From positions 608,001 to 672,000 of the forward strand of contig CAXXDQ010000007.1 in NCBI GenBank assembly GCA_963664325.2: 64,000 nt of DNA. The letters run 5' to 3'. Made by a program: the position numbers and the translations under genes. Of this stretch, positions 29,249-40,418 are shown piece after piece. The notes beneath the pieces are model-generated. The model searched no databases and was not told the origin of the DNA. It worked only from the letters and a program-made list of their open reading frames with translations. Position 1 is the stretch's first letter, and every line of letters starts with the position of its first letter. Source of the DNA: Desulfomonilia bacterium. GTDB lineage: Bacteria; Desulfobacterota; Desulfomonilia; UBA1062.

Positions 29249-29857
29249 ATGGCTCTCGAAGAGGGTCTATTAACCAGAGGGGTCTGGCCCCTCTGTGGTA
29301 TTGACGAAGCGGGAAGAGGACCGCTGGCAGGTCCTGTTGTAGCCGCGGCAGCAATAATATCTCCTTTCTCACCTCTGAGAAACATGGTCAGGGACTCAAA
29401 GAAACTAAGCCCATCCAAACGTGAATACCTTTATGAATTGCTTATGTCTTCAGATGATGTTAGCTGCGGCATTGCCATGGTTGACGAACAAGTGATCGAT
29501 AAAATCAACATTCTTAAAGCAACCATGATGGCGATGGAACAATCTGTTAACAATCTGAAGGTTAAGCCTTTATATGCACTTGTAGACGGTAACAGAAAAC
29601 CGAACCTCTCATGTGAATGTATCCCGGTTATAGGCGGAGATGCCACTGAACCCTCAATCTCCGCCGCAAGCATAATTGCGAAAGTTACAAGAGACAGGCA
29701 TATGCTCGATATGGATAGTCTTTATCCCGGTTACGGATTCAGAATACACAAAGGTTATCCTACAAGAGATCATTATACGGCTATATACAGATTCGGCCCA
29801 TGCCCCATACACAGAAAATCATTCAAAGGTGTTCTTGTCAATGCAGACAGAATCTGA
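29249..29857 (+). CDS. rnhB: Ribonuclease HII
   Basis: GIDEAGRGPLAGPV, DSKKL, VDGN, ISAASIIAKVTRD, HKGYPT, HRKSF. Confidence 0.96.
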   Translation: MALEEGLLTRGVWPLCGIDEAGRGPLAGPVVAAAAIISPFSPLRNMVRDSKKLSPSKREYLYELLMSSDDVSCGIAMVDEQVIDKINILKATMMAMEQSVNNLKVKPLYALVDGNRKPNLSCECIPVIGGDATEPSISAASIIAKVTRDRHMLDMDSLYPGYGFRIHKGYPTRDHYTAIYRFGPCPIHRKSFKGVLVNADRI

Positions 29858-30290
29858 GATGAATTCCATGGAGAGTGGCAGTAGATCCCTTATTAGGAAT
29901 TTTTTTGACCGGATTAGAGGCGGCAGAACCGGCGGAATCAACCGGACGTCGGTCGAAAAAGGCCGTGCGGGAGAGGATACCGCTGCATCATATCTCAAAA
30001 AAATAGGTTTTAAGATCATTCAAAGAAATTTCAGGTGGTACGGAAACGAGATTGACATTATTGCCAGGGACAAAGATTACATAGTTTTCATTGAGGTTAA
30101 GGCAAGCTCATCTCAAGATTACGACCACCCCCTTATGTGGATTTCCGAATCAAAACAGAAACGCATTATCAGGGCATCCGAAGGATTCCTTACATTAAAT
30201 AAAATATCAGTTCACCCTGTCAGGTTTGATATCCTGGCGATAGACGTGACAGGAAGCATAAGCCATATCAAGGATGCGTTCAGGGCTTAG
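29841..30290 (+). CDS. yraN: YraN family putative endonuclease (start uncertain)
   Basis: G..GE..A..YL, RNFR...EIDIIA, VFIEVK, RFD; usual position after rnhB. Confidence 0.85.
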   Translation: MQTESEMNSMESGSRSLIRNFFDRIRGGRTGGINRTSVEKGRAGEDTAASYLKKIGFKIIQRNFRWYGNEIDIIARDKDYIVFIEVKASSSQDYDHPLMWISESKQKRIIRASEGFLTLNKISVHPVRFDILAIDVTGSISHIKDAFRA

Positions 30291-30735
30291 ACCAAGGTTT
30301 TTATGCGATAAAAATCTTGGCAGACTTGCAAAGTGGCTTAGATTATTGGGATTTGATACATTATATATGAAAAATATGAGAGAAGACGTGATCAAAGAAG
30401 GGTGTCTGGATGGTAGGATAATTCTGACCAAATCAGAAAGATTATCATCTCAAAAAGGCTATTTCCTTATAAAATCAAACCATATTGCCGAACAGATAAA
30501 GGAAGTGAACGATAATTTCTTTTTAAACAGCCAATCAACGCTATTTTCCCGCTGCATCATATGCAACGAACCCCTTGTATCCGCAGACAGAATAGAAGCA
30601 ACTGGTCATGTGCCCGAATATGTTTTAAACACAGTCGACTCATTCATGAGCTGCCCGAATTGCAACAGGTTCTACTGGCAGGGGAGCCATATAAAGCATG
30701 TCGCTGAAACAATACAAAACATACTGGAGAAGTGA
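30274..30735 (+). CDS. Mut7-C RNase domain protein
   Basis: FLCD.NLGRLAKWLRLLGFD, SRC..CN, CP.C.R.YW.GSH. Confidence 0.88.
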   Translation: MRSGLRPRFLCDKNLGRLAKWLRLLGFDTLYMKNMREDVIKEGCLDGRIILTKSERLSSQKGYFLIKSNHIAEQIKEVNDNFFLNSQSTLFSRCIICNEPLVSADRIEATGHVPEYVLNTVDSFMSCPNCNRFYWQGSHIKHVAETIQNILEK

Positions 30736-31826
30736 ACGTGATTACAAAACAGGAACTGGAAGAAAAGCTTCTAAATATTGTCAAGGGAAGACGCAAAGTC
30801 CTGATAATGGTTCATGACAACCCTGATCCTGACAGCATTGCCTCTGCTTATGCACTCAAATACATCTTCAAGAAAACCATGGGTGTTCAGTCTGTCATTA
30901 CATATGGCGGTATTATCGGAAGATCCGAAAATAAAAATATGGTTCAGATTCTTGACATAGACATGGTTCACACCAGCAAAATCAACCCCAGGAACTATTC
31001 GATAATTGCTTTTGTGGACTGCCAGCCTTATACAGGCAATGTCCATCTTAACAAAGGCGTGACAGCTTCCATAGTCATTGACCATCATCCTATAAGAAAA
31101 CAGACTTTGAATGCCGAATTCATAGACGTCCGCAAGGAGATGGGTTCAACATCCACAATTATTACACAATACATCCGCACACTCGGTATAAGAATCGACA
31201 GCAAGGTTGCAACAGCACTTGTTTACGGGATAAAAACCGATATAAGCGGTACCGGCAGGATTTCATCGGAAGTGGATGAAAGGGCCTTCGCCTTTCTGTA
31301 TCCGTATGTTCTTCAAAAAAAACTGGCAAAAATTGAGAATCCTAAACTGCCGAGAGAGTATTTTAACGAGCTTTATTCAATACTGAAAAGTGCCATGATC
31401 TATGAAGATGCTGTCGTTGCAAAAGTTGAAAGAATCGGCTGGCCTGAAATGATAGGTGAATTTGCAGATGAACTTATCAGGATCGAGGGTATAAGGTGGT
31501 GTCTGTGTTATGGAAGACACAATGGGGGCATTCTTTTTTCAATCCGAACCACAAGATCAAATCATATGGCAGGTGTCCTCGCAAACAAGATATGCCATGG
31601 AATAGGCTCGGGCGGCGGTCACGAAACCTATGCAGCAGGTAGAATCGATCTTGCCCAGGCATTAAAAAAAGTCAAAGACCCCGAAGAAACCCTGCTAAGA
31701 AGATTTTTAAGGGAAGTAAATTCCAGGGAAATTGAGCCCGAACCCCTTATTAATAAGAGTCCAGAAGAAATGAATATAGAAACAGAACCAACAGAAAATA
31801 CCAATTCGTTCAGGAAGTCTCAGTAA
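30732..31826 (+). CDS. DHH/DHHA1 family phosphoesterase
   Basis: HDNPDPDS, VD, IDHH, GI.TD, GSGGGH. Confidence 0.9.
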   Translation: MNVITKQELEEKLLNIVKGRRKVLIMVHDNPDPDSIASAYALKYIFKKTMGVQSVITYGGIIGRSENKNMVQILDIDMVHTSKINPRNYSIIAFVDCQPYTGNVHLNKGVTASIVIDHHPIRKQTLNAEFIDVRKEMGSTSTIITQYIRTLGIRIDSKVATALVYGIKTDISGTGRISSEVDERAFAFLYPYVLQKKLAKIENPKLPREYFNELYSILKSAMIYEDAVVAKVERIGWPEMIGEFADELIRIEGIRWCLCYGRHNGGILFSIRTTRSNHMAGVLANKICHGIGSGGGHETYAAGRIDLAQALKKVKDPEETLLRRFLREVNSREIEPEPLINKSPEEMNIETEPTENTNSFRKSQ

Positions 31827-31884
31827 AACATGCCTGTATATTAGTCATCTGCCTGGAAGATCTCGGGAAATGCTATTTCCCTAC

Positions 31885-33159
31885 TCAGATTCTACCCGCC
31901 TTTTCAAGGATAGATGTTGAAGAATAACCTTCTTTGAATGGCAGGGAATATACCTTTCCCCCGCCAGCTGTAACTATGTCGGCACCGACAATTTTATCAA
32001 TATCCCAGTCCCCGCCTTTAACAAGGACATCGGGCATGAGCGATTTTATCAGATTATACGGCGTTTCTTCTTCGAAAATACACACAAAATCAACAGCATA
32101 TAAAGCGGCTAATACCTCGGCCCTGGCGCGCTGGTTATTTACTGGGCGCGTTATCCCTTTCAGCCTTTTTACCGAGTCGTCTGAATTCAGTCCGACAACA
32201 AGACAATCTCCCAGGTTTCGAGCCTGTTCAAGGTACTGGACATGGCCGGCATGAATGATGTCAAAACATCCGTTTGTGAATACAACTTTCAGACCGCGTT
32301 CCTTCATGCGATCAGTCTTTACAGCAAGTTCAGTCCGACTAATGATCTTGGCTTGGTTTCCAACATGAGCCCTCCATGGCCGGCCTGCTATACGCGACGT
32401 ATATCTCCCGAGTGCAAGGTATAAGCCGATAATATCAGGATATTTCTCGGAAAGAGCCTTTATGTGACCCTCGACGGTAGCCCAGTCTCCCCTTCTTATA
32501 GGTCCTGTCAGTGCAGCCCTGCCATGGCCTTCAATGTTGGCAAGAGTACCTTTTATCAGGGGAAGCATGTGTCCCCTCTTAAGGCCGATATCACTCATAA
32601 GGTCTTCAGCCAGGGTAACAAGGCTTGTAATGTAATTAGATGCAACGACTGCAGCTGCATGATAGATTACCTTATCTTCCTTGGCTATTCTTAGGATTTC
32701 GCCTCCAAGCTTATCAGCAATCCTTCCCGCGGCCATAATGGCTTTAGGAGCACCTTCCACAGTAAAGACACTTCCTTTAATGGCTTTTCTTGCACTGTCA
32801 GGATGCATGATCGACTGCAAAGGATGAAAGCTGGCGGTTTCTGCACCATATTTTATTAACGGCTCAAGGATGTCCGATGTATGAAGACCGCTCATGTGAA
32901 AGACCACCCTGCCCTTCAGTTTGTCCTTCCATGCAGAAGCCATAGCCGAAGCTACATCCGATATCGAGTCGTCCGGTACAGTAATGAAAATAATATCAGC
33001 GCCATGAGGATCTTCAGGCAGCGTTTTATAAACAGGGATAAGGGAATTGGAATTTTCGACCTCGACGACCCATACAGGGGTGTACCCGGAATCCTCCAGC
33101 AGTGCCAGAACTGCACCGCCGACCCTTCCATGCCCGATAACCGCAAAGTTATGTTTCAT
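31885..33159 (-). CDS. Fusion: Rossmann-like/DUF2520 oxidoreductase + RfaE2-type heptose-1-phosphate adenylyltransferase domain
   Basis: [42 protein letters not shown] then [38 protein letters not shown]. Confidence 0.8.
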   Translation of the reverse strand: MKHNFAVIGHGRVGGAVLALLEDSGYTPVWVVEVENSNSLIPVYKTLPEDPHGADIIFITVPDDSISDVASAMASAWKDKLKGRVVFHMSGLHTSDILEPLIKYGAETASFHPLQSIMHPDSARKAIKGSVFTVEGAPKAIMAAGRIADKLGGEILRIAKEDKVIYHAAAVVASNYITSLVTLAEDLMSDIGLKRGHMLPLIKGTLANIEGHGRAALTGPIRRGDWATVEGHIKALSEKYPDIIGLYLALGRYTSRIAGRPWRAHVGNQAKIISRTELAVKTDRMKERGLKVVFTNGCFDIIHAGHVQYLEQARNLGDCLVVGLNSDDSVKRLKGITRPVNNQRARAEVLAALYAVDFVCIFEEETPYNLIKSLMPDVLVKGGDWDIDKIVGADIVTAGGGKVYSLPFKEGYSSTSILEKAGRI

Positions 33160-34042
33160 CGCATAAACCCTGTTGCCTAAGTTTATCAAACTTTTCCCAG
33201 TCTATCGCATACCTGGAGTTTTTGAAGCTGTCTTCGACCAACTCTCTGTATTCTTCAGAATCTACGTACTCCTGCAGCTGTTTGGATGTTGGATATATCT
33301 GCTCGCTCGGCCTCCAGAATCCGGTCTCATTTGTATTGACATCTATCAGGCATCCGTTTGATATGGCAAGAGACACGTCGGCAAGAGGTCTGTCAACAAG
33401 GTCCCTAGACATTGCTTCAAGCTGCCCGGCATCGACCGGGGAAAAAAACGAATAGAGCCTCTTATAGATAGATGAATAGAGCCTGGAATATATGACTGCC
33501 GCATGATAATGCTGGGGGACATCTACAACAGCGTCTTTACCGCCATTTTCCCCAAAGAAGTAAAGCATCGCCTGAAGATTCCTGAGTCCGCCAAGCCCAG
33601 GATACGCCTGACCGGGAAGCCTTGGCCTCTCCGGTGAGAAAGATCCGGCCGGATCCTGAAGCGCAAGCCATTCGACAAGTATCATGGGCATGCCTGCGCT
33701 GAAATCGTAACGTTGAATAAAGACCTTTTTGGGTCTGAAAATGCCTTCCCTTAATATCAGTTCAACAATCCTTGTTTCTTTATCAAATCTCTCATAATTG
33801 ACATAAAGCCTTGAAGTAAAATCTTCTCTTAAGATTGTGATGATAATATCTTTATATCCCTTCTTCCTTATTACATTCATAAGACCTGTTTTTTCCATTA
33901 TGCCCGTCAGGTCGTCTTTGCTGTATCTGCCGAGAAAAAGCTCCGAATGAGAAAAGTCTATTTTGCCCTTTTGCCAAGGCATTACCTCTTCATTGAATGT
34001 AATCTCCTCTAGATACTTTGGGCTCTTTTTCATTTCTACCAT
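33149..34042 (-). CDS. Conserved hypothetical protein
   Basis: 297 aa ORF coupled to both neighbours; conserved-looking block VEWLALQDP...RPRLPGQ.YPGLG...P.HYH.A. Confidence 0.65.
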   Translation of the reverse strand: MVEMKKSPKYLEEITFNEEVMPWQKGKIDFSHSELFLGRYSKDDLTGIMEKTGLMNVIRKKGYKDIIITILREDFTSRLYVNYERFDKETRIVELILREGIFRPKKVFIQRYDFSAGMPMILVEWLALQDPAGSFSPERPRLPGQAYPGLGGLRNLQAMLYFFGENGGKDAVVDVPQHYHAAVIYSRLYSSIYKRLYSFFSPVDAGQLEAMSRDLVDRPLADVSLAISNGCLIDVNTNETGFWRPSEQIYPTSKQLQEYVDSEEYRELVEDSFKNSRYAIDWEKFDKLRQQGLCDET

Positions 34043-34722
34043 GGCATCGTTCTCCCGACTCCAGCTATAAAGACTTTATCAGCACCCGCTTTTTTAAGAG
34101 CAAAGGCAGCAGCTCCCGCTGTCTCTGCTGTTGTGATAACATCATCAACAACCAAAACGTTGAGTCCTTTCACCCCCTTTGCCAGAAAAGACCCTTTAAT
34201 GTTTTTGCGTCTTGCTTTCCTATCCAGGCCGGCCTGGGGTCTTGTACCCCTAGTCTTCACCAGGGTATGAAAATCAGCTTTTATTCCGGTACGCTTTGCC
34301 AGTTCTTTTGCTATTAATGCAGACTGGTTATAACCTCTAACGAACAGCCTTGTCCAGTGCATTGGGATAAACGTGATGACATCAGGTTTGATATCCGCTT
34401 TAATGACAGATTCGTGAATGATTTTTCCAAAATACCTTTTAAGTCCAGTTTTGCCCCTGTATTTATATGCATGTATCGCCTCCTTTGTTTTTCCGTCGAA
34501 TATAAATGCAGCAACGATTTTATCAAAGAACGGCGTGTTGCTGAGGCACGACAGACAAATCCCTGAAGTGCCGGTTGGCCGGCCGCAAACATCACAGACA
34601 GGCTCGGGCACATTTTTCATCTGAATTCTACAATTATTACAAACCCCCTCTTCAATCTCTTCTTCCGCTGCGCATATAAGGCATCCGGGAGGAAAAAGAC
34701 TGTCAATTAACCGGTTCAGCAT
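34036..34722 (-). CDS. comF: ComF family phosphoribosyltransferase-like competence protein
   Basis: LFPP.C..C zinc ribbons, IPMH, RGYNQS, VVDDVITT. Confidence 0.9.
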   Translation of the reverse strand: MLNRLIDSLFPPGCLICAAEEEIEEGVCNNCRIQMKNVPEPVCDVCGRPTGTSGICLSCLSNTPFFDKIVAAFIFDGKTKEAIHAYKYRGKTGLKRYFGKIIHESVIKADIKPDVITFIPMHWTRLFVRGYNQSALIAKELAKRTGIKADFHTLVKTRGTRPQAGLDRKARRKNIKGSFLAKGVKGLNVLVVDDVITTAETAGAAAFALKKAGADKVFIAGVGRTMPW

Positions 34723-34803
34723 GCCATCTCCATAAGGTATATAACCGTTTAATCGGCAGGAACAAGGCCGATATAAAATACAAATTGTATCTTTCGGTCT
34801 ATA

Positions 34804-35598
34804 TCAATAGTACTTGTGATAATTATATTTTCTGTATTTATACATCGTTGCCGGCATTGCATCTACGGCATTCAATATTGTCCCCACTATCTTATCCTTT
34901 GGAAAGACCGTTACTGATGCTTTATAATCCATCTGTCTGGCATACCGGTATTTTACTACAAATATAATTCCGTCAACATATTTGGATATAACTTTAGGAT
35001 CAACTGTTGCCTGTACCGGAGGAGTATCAATGATGATATATCTCTCTGGAAATCTCCTTCTTATTTCTTCAAACAAAAGGGCCATGTTTTTTGATTCCAG
35101 AAGTTCGGATGGATTTGACGGGGGTTCTTTTGTTGCATGCAGCAATTCGAGCCTCTCAACAGGTGTTTTAATAAGACATTCATCAAGGGTCTTCTTACCC
35201 TGAAGTATCTCAGCCACTCCTGGAGAAGGTTGATACCTGAACAGTTTGTATAAAGACGGTCGTCTCAAATCACATTCAAGGAGTATGACTTTCTTGTCCT
35301 CTCCCCTGGCTATTGAAACTGCAAGGTTTGCCGATATAAGCGATTTGCCTTCCGAGGGAACCGAGCTGGTCACCATAAATATCTTTTTTTGAGACCATGC
35401 AGGTGTGTGGAAAATGAATGTTCTTACCTTGCGGATTTGCTCAGCAATATAGGTATAGGGCATGTGATACATGTACAGATGATCATCCAATGACTCTTCA
35501 ATCTTCAATTCAATCTTCTGATCAAGTCTCAATTCCTGCACTTCCGGAGGAGATGATTTATCTCCTGCTTTTTCAAATGCTTTTGATATATCTACCAT
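34804..35598 (-). CDS. CpsD/CapB-type bacterial tyrosine kinase
   Basis: TSS.PSEGKS, ECDLRRP, IIDTPP, C-terminal tyrosine cluster YKYRKYNYHKYY. Confidence 0.9.
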   Translation of the reverse strand: MVDISKAFEKAGDKSSPPEVQELRLDQKIELKIEESLDDHLYMYHMPYTYIAEQIRKVRTFIFHTPAWSQKKIFMVTSSVPSEGKSLISANLAVSIARGEDKKVILLECDLRRPSLYKLFRYQPSPGVAEILQGKKTLDECLIKTPVERLELLHATKEPPSNPSELLESKNMALLFEEIRRRFPERYIIIDTPPVQATVDPKVISKYVDGIIFVVKYRYARQMDYKASVTVFPKDKIVGTILNAVDAMPATMYKYRKYNYHKYY

Positions 35599-37065
35599 TT
35601 ATCCCTCCAAGGTTATCTTTACAGGCTTTGCATAAAAGTAGCCCTGTCCGACAAGATCAGAGGCCTTCATTTCAGCTTCTGCATTTGTCAGGAAGATACC
35701 AGTGTTGACAAGAAACCACTTGTTTCCCTTATTATCGAAATACTGGAACACCCCGGATGCCATGCCATTGGCAGACATTGAATCAGAAACCAGCCTTGCT
35801 TCAACCCCAGTATGATACGAGGCAATGCATACTGTATAATAATTGCTTTTTATGGTTTCCAACGGGGGAAGAGCAACAATCACTTTATTATCAACTCCAT
35901 CGATCTCATTAAGCTTCGGATTTGCCATCTTGATTGCGTTAATAACCTCGGGTGTTGATCTTCCATAATAATCAGATGCTATTTCAGACAGATATGTCCC
36001 AGGTTTTACTTTAATGACTCTTTTATACGGCTTCCCGGCCTCATAAGCAGATGTCGGAATACCTGAAGCCGGAGGAAGTCCGTTTTCTCCAAGATCGATT
36101 GTTTTCTTTTGGGAACTGTTCATTATCATCTGGTAGTTAATTTTGTGAGGAGAGGATTTCGAAAATTCAAATTTATAAAAAATAGAAGCGCTTACCAGAA
36201 TTATCAATGCAATCCCGATTGATGCAAAGGCAAACTTCTTTTTATTAAGGGACATTCTTTCCTTTCCATAGCTTGCCTTTATCTCACGTGATATTTTTTT
36301 TATCATTGAAGGTGACACTTCCTTTTTGTCTTCAATAAATCCCGTTAGAAGGGCGTTATCACACAGCGTATTAATCAGGCGTGGAAATCCCTTAGTCTGG
36401 GAATATATCTCCTTTACGGTCTTTTGCGGAAATATCGGCCTCTCCCTGGGTTCATATCCGGCGACTCTCAGCCTGTGGTTAATATAATCTTTGGTTTCAT
36501 CAAGGTTGAGGGGTTCAAGATGAAATTTTACACTTATCCTCTGCTTCATTTGCCTGAGCAAAGGGCTTTTAAGTATGGTATTGAGTTCCTGCTGCCCGAG
36601 CAGAAGAATATGTACAAGTTTCTGGTCAGGGGTTTCAAGATTTGACAGAAGCCTTATCTCTTCAAGAATACCGACTGAAAGCCCCTGGGCTTCATCTACT
36701 ATTAAGGCGACACCGCCGATTTCTTTAAGCCTTCTCTCATATTCCTTGATATGGTTTCTGTTCTTCAAGGCCTCAGGCAACCCGATGGCTTCACCAATAA
36801 GATAGTAAATGTTATCCGAGGTTACATTGGGGTTTTTAATAACAACCTTGGGAATGCCTGTGGGCAACCTTACAAGAAGGGCATTTATAAGGGTCGTCTT
36901 GCCTGTACCGGCTTCTCCAGTAATAATGACAAAACCGCTTTTTTCATTAATCCCATACACCAAATGCGCAAGGGCTTCTTTATGTGTGGGACTCATGTAG
37001 AGGAATTTTGGATCAGGGGCAATACTGAACGGCTTCAGCTTGAGTCCGAAAAAATCAGTATACAC
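35599..37065 (-). CDS. ExeA-like AAA ATPase with TM helix and LysM/SPOR-like C-terminus
   Basis: FGL..KPFSIAPDP, GEAGTGKTT, VDEAQ, LLGQ.EL, G.PRLIN.LCD; VKPG.YLSEIA..YYG and YTV.IASY. Confidence 0.85.
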   Translation of the reverse strand: MYTDFFGLKLKPFSIAPDPKFLYMSPTHKEALAHLVYGINEKSGFVIITGEAGTGKTTLINALLVRLPTGIPKVVIKNPNVTSDNIYYLIGEAIGLPEALKNRNHIKEYERRLKEIGGVALIVDEAQGLSVGILEEIRLLSNLETPDQKLVHILLLGQQELNTILKSPLLRQMKQRISVKFHLEPLNLDETKDYINHRLRVAGYEPRERPIFPQKTVKEIYSQTKGFPRLINTLCDNALLTGFIEDKKEVSPSMIKKISREIKASYGKERMSLNKKKFAFASIGIALIILVSASIFYKFEFSKSSPHKINYQMIMNSSQKKTIDLGENGLPPASGIPTSAYEAGKPYKRVIKVKPGTYLSEIASDYYGRSTPEVINAIKMANPKLNEIDGVDNKVIVALPPLETIKSNYYTVCIASYHTGVEARLVSDSMSANGMASGVFQYFDNKGNKWFLVNTGIFLTNAEAEMKASDLVGQGYFYAKPVKITLEG

Positions 37066-37080
37066 CCTTTTACCCCGTAT

Positions 37081-38613
37081 CTACATTCCCATTGGCTTGT
37101 TGATTATGATACCCGTCGCCCATGAAGCCAGTACGGCTACCACTCCAAGTATAACCAGGCCGATGTTTATGCCGATGAAAAGAATTGTTTTGCTTTTATT
37201 CATTTTCAGATCTTCCCCTGTCAGTGAAAGAGGGATAGCTGAAATACACTTAATTCCGCTTTCCAGGGCTTCGAGCTGGCTTATGCTTTTAATTGTAGAA
37301 TCCTGTATTTCAATCAACAGGATTACTCCTGCACCTGCCCCCAGGCCGACAGCAATGCAGATCAGCATAATTTTCAAAAAGTCAGGTTGTACTGGCCTCT
37401 GCGAGGGTTTGGCAAAATCTAGTATTCTGAATTGTTCCCCCTGCTGACGCTTTTCCATATTCTCCGCCCGTTTTGCCTCCAGAAGCCGGTCAAGAAGTTT
37501 CTGGTAATTATCTTTTGTAATTTGATAATCCCTCATCAAAGTTGACAGCTCCTGCTCCATTTTCGGTGCGTTTTCTACCCTTCCCTGATACTGATTTATC
37601 CTGGCGTTAACCCTTGCAGCCTCCCTCTCAAGTCCTGATATCTCGCTGTTTATGGCCTTGAGTTGAATTCGCAGCTCGGCAGCCCTTGGATTTGAATAAC
37701 CGCCTGAAGCGTTTTCATTTTTTGACTCTAGCTCTTTGATTTGTTCTGTAAGTTTAATTATCTCCGGATGCTCAGGGGTGTAATTGCTTTTCATGTCTTC
37801 AAGCCTTGCCTTCAGATCGGCAAGCTTCTGGTCCCTCTGTGAAGATGTCGATCCCGGTCTTGATGCCTCCAGTTGAGACAGCTGGCCTTCGATGTTGATT
37901 TTCCTGTTTCTTGCATCGGCAAGTGTTCTTTGGGTGGTGTCAAGGCTGCTCTGGAGATTTATAAGAGTTGCGGTATTTGACTGGACCTGTTCCGGCAGTT
38001 CACCCATATGTGAGCTTTTAAATGCCTGCAATTTTTTCTCATAGTCTTCTAGCGATACTTTCAGGTCGTCAAGCTGCTTTTCAAGAAAAACCGTGGTCTC
38101 CGTCGCCTGTGAAGATCTCATTTTTGTATTGCTTTCAATTATAAGTGAAGCAAGCCTGTTAGTAACATCAGCCGCTGTTACGGAATCAGACCACCTGAAT
38201 GTTATTATAAACGAGGATACCCTGTTTCCTTCACTGCCGGCAACATTGACGTTTATCTTTTTGCGCAAGGCATTAACTAGAATTTCCATAGGTACGCCTC
38301 TTGCCCTTTCTCTCGGGTAGAGCTTCATTTCAGTGATTATCTGTTCAAGATTGGATCTGGAAACAACCTCCAATGAAAGCGTCTTGACCCTTTCTTCGAC
38401 TGCAGAAGTCACTGTTGCTACAACATAATTTGAAGGTATTTCCTGTGGTTCTATAAAGATAAGCGTCGAGCTCTCATACTCCTTCGGCAACACCACGTAC
38501 AGCCATAACCCCAGGAACGCAAAGAAAATGAAGGGAATAGTCACCCAATGCCATTTCTTTTGAAGGGCATCCAGCATATCTTCAAGATTGATCTTTTTTT
38601 CCTGCTCGTTCAA
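37081..38613 (-). CDS. Polysaccharide co-polymerase (Wzz/GumC, Wzc periplasmic part)
   Basis: Two TM helices flanking coiled coil; LP..YES, GELPEQ, YT..HP, L.RDY, GEQFRILD.A..S..P..P. Confidence 0.88.
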   Translation of the reverse strand: MNEQEKKINLEDMLDALQKKWHWVTIPFIFFAFLGLWLYVVLPKEYESSTLIFIEPQEIPSNYVVATVTSAVEERVKTLSLEVVSRSNLEQIITEMKLYPRERARGVPMEILVNALRKKINVNVAGSEGNRVSSFIITFRWSDSVTAADVTNRLASLIIESNTKMRSSQATETTVFLEKQLDDLKVSLEDYEKKLQAFKSSHMGELPEQVQSNTATLINLQSSLDTTQRTLADARNRKINIEGQLSQLEASRPGSTSSQRDQKLADLKARLEDMKSNYTPEHPEIIKLTEQIKELESKNENASGGYSNPRAAELRIQLKAINSEISGLEREAARVNARINQYQGRVENAPKMEQELSTLMRDYQITKDNYQKLLDRLLEAKRAENMEKRQQGEQFRILDFAKPSQRPVQPDFLKIMLICIAVGLGAGAGVILLIEIQDSTIKSISQLEALESGIKCISAIPLSLTGEDLKMNKSKTILFIGINIGLVILGVVAVLASWATGIIINKPMGM

Positions 38614-39878
38614 TATCTTGCCTCTATATCAATCATATATCGGTTTTCTCTTCTAGTATCTGTATTTTCATTTTCAATATTGATTTCCGTGTATTCGGTT
38701 AAAAGGTAATTATAGGTTCCATTTATTGTCAGCCAACGTACTGGTGTATATCTTAGAGTTAGGCCAGCAGACTTGTCAGTAGTGCCGTTCTGTAAATCAC
38801 TTTCAGGTTTTCTCCTGGTTATCTCACCATTCGCTATTAAGCTTATTTTCCTTATGAACGTATGCTCCCAGGAGAAATTTCCCGATGTGATCAGATACAT
38901 GCCGTATGTGCTTCCTGTGGTATAGTCGTATGAATAATCCCTCGATCCTGACAGGGTGAAATGGTCGGAATCCGTAAGTCTTTCTATCCTCAGTTCACCT
39001 GCACTCACTCCTTTGGTCCCCTCGGTTTCTTGTTTGAGCCAGCTGTACCCTGCCTTTGCAAACAGTGTGATATATTGAGTCAACCTATACTCGGCGTTAA
39101 AGAAACCCTCATATATATCGCTGTTGGGATTCCTTGACGGATTATTTGAGGTATTAGCCGCTTCAAGGCCGCATTTCAGGTTTTGTAAAAGATCATACAT
39201 CCAGGTCGCATCTGAAACAATTGTCAGAATATTATCACGAAGGTAGCTCTTATATTTAAAATCTTCCACCTTAGCCGACAGATTCAGCGCGTTTTTCTGT
39301 GTCGGCATCAGTTCAAGAAGCACCTCTCGCGGTGTTCGAATTCAGGTCGTTGGAAACAGAAGTAACAGGATCAATCAGGTGCAAATTCCTGTTCAATCCT
39401 GTACCTGAGATTTATAGAATCCGAATCGGAAAAACTTTTTCTGTATTCAACAAGGCCCGTATGATAAGTATATTCACCCCATGACTGGTCAAGGGTCTGT
39501 CTTTCTGTCGTTCTCCTGTATGAATAATTAAGATTCATCATTTGTGTCTTATCAGTCAGGTTTAACCCTGTCTGTAAGAATTCTTCATCTGAATCATCAT
39601 ACGTATTTCGCTTATGGTAATCTTTTGTTATATAACCGGAAAAATTGAAGGCAATGCTTTCAGTTGCTATCTTGAAATCCAGGCTTGGTCCGATATTGTA
39701 TGTAGTATCACTCTGGGGATTTTGAGAATAAGGGACTCCGAAATATATTATCCGAATACACACATGATGTAATTAAACCTGGATGAACCTCCCAGCTGAA
39801 TGCAAAGGCCATTGACGCTGATATAATTGAGTGAATCAGCAGCAGAAAACTGCAGAACAGATATCTTTTACGGCACAA
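38610..39878 (-). pseudogene. EPS-associated outer-membrane beta-barrel protein with about three frameshifts
   Basis: Signal peptide MCRKRYLF...AFA then YSDNI; indels near 39741-39743 and two in 39320-39375 link ORF pieces; alternating aromatic beta strands and C-terminal Tyr. Confidence 0.6.
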
Positions 39879-40409
39879 CTATTGTATCTCCCGGCATCAG
39901 TTTTATATCCGGTATTTTACCTTTTATGATCTTGTTATAGTCCGCCTTGATCGGGGTGCGCTTGCCATCTTCCGTTCTCAATATTGTTATTGAGCCCTTG
40001 TCCGCCCATTCAGTGAAACCGCCTGCAAGAGAAATCACCTGCGACAGGTATATATCCTTATCAAGAACAAACTGCCCTGGATTTACAACCTTGCCGTCAA
40101 CATATATCTGTTTACTCTTCGGCTCCAAAACGATTACGACACATTTCGGATCTTTTACATACTTTGAAAGGGCCTGCTCTATCATACCCTGAAGTTCAAC
40201 GGGCGTTTTCCCGTAAGCCTTAACTTCACCGATCAGTGGAAGAGATATAAGACCGTCCGGTCTTACGGTAACCTGCCTGGAAAGCGTAGGTTCGCCCCAT
40301 ATCGACACCTCCAGGTTGTCCGACTCTCCAATAATATAGTTTGCATTTGCCGCCAGCATAATAAAAGGTAAGAAAGAAAACTTACAAGCAGTAGAGTTTT
40401 TTTCATCAT
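39868..40409 (-). CDS. Wza-like polysaccharide export protein (signal peptide out of frame)
   Basis: YIIG..D.L.V.IW, VRPDG.ISLPLIG, G.V..PG, AGGFT.WA, PGDTIVVP; aggagagagg RBS and MKKTLLLVSF at 40409-40406 lie in a different frame from ATG 40359. Confidence 0.8.
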
Positions 40410-40418
40410 ACCTCTCTC

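Noticed and set aside
29676-29840. Long N-terminal extension of YraN
   Set aside because: Lies inside rnhB in another frame; homology begins only near the G..GE motif.
39371-39373. TGA read-through (selenocysteine) in the OM barrel gene
   Set aside because: The downstream coding sequence is in a different frame, so read-through would not restore the protein.
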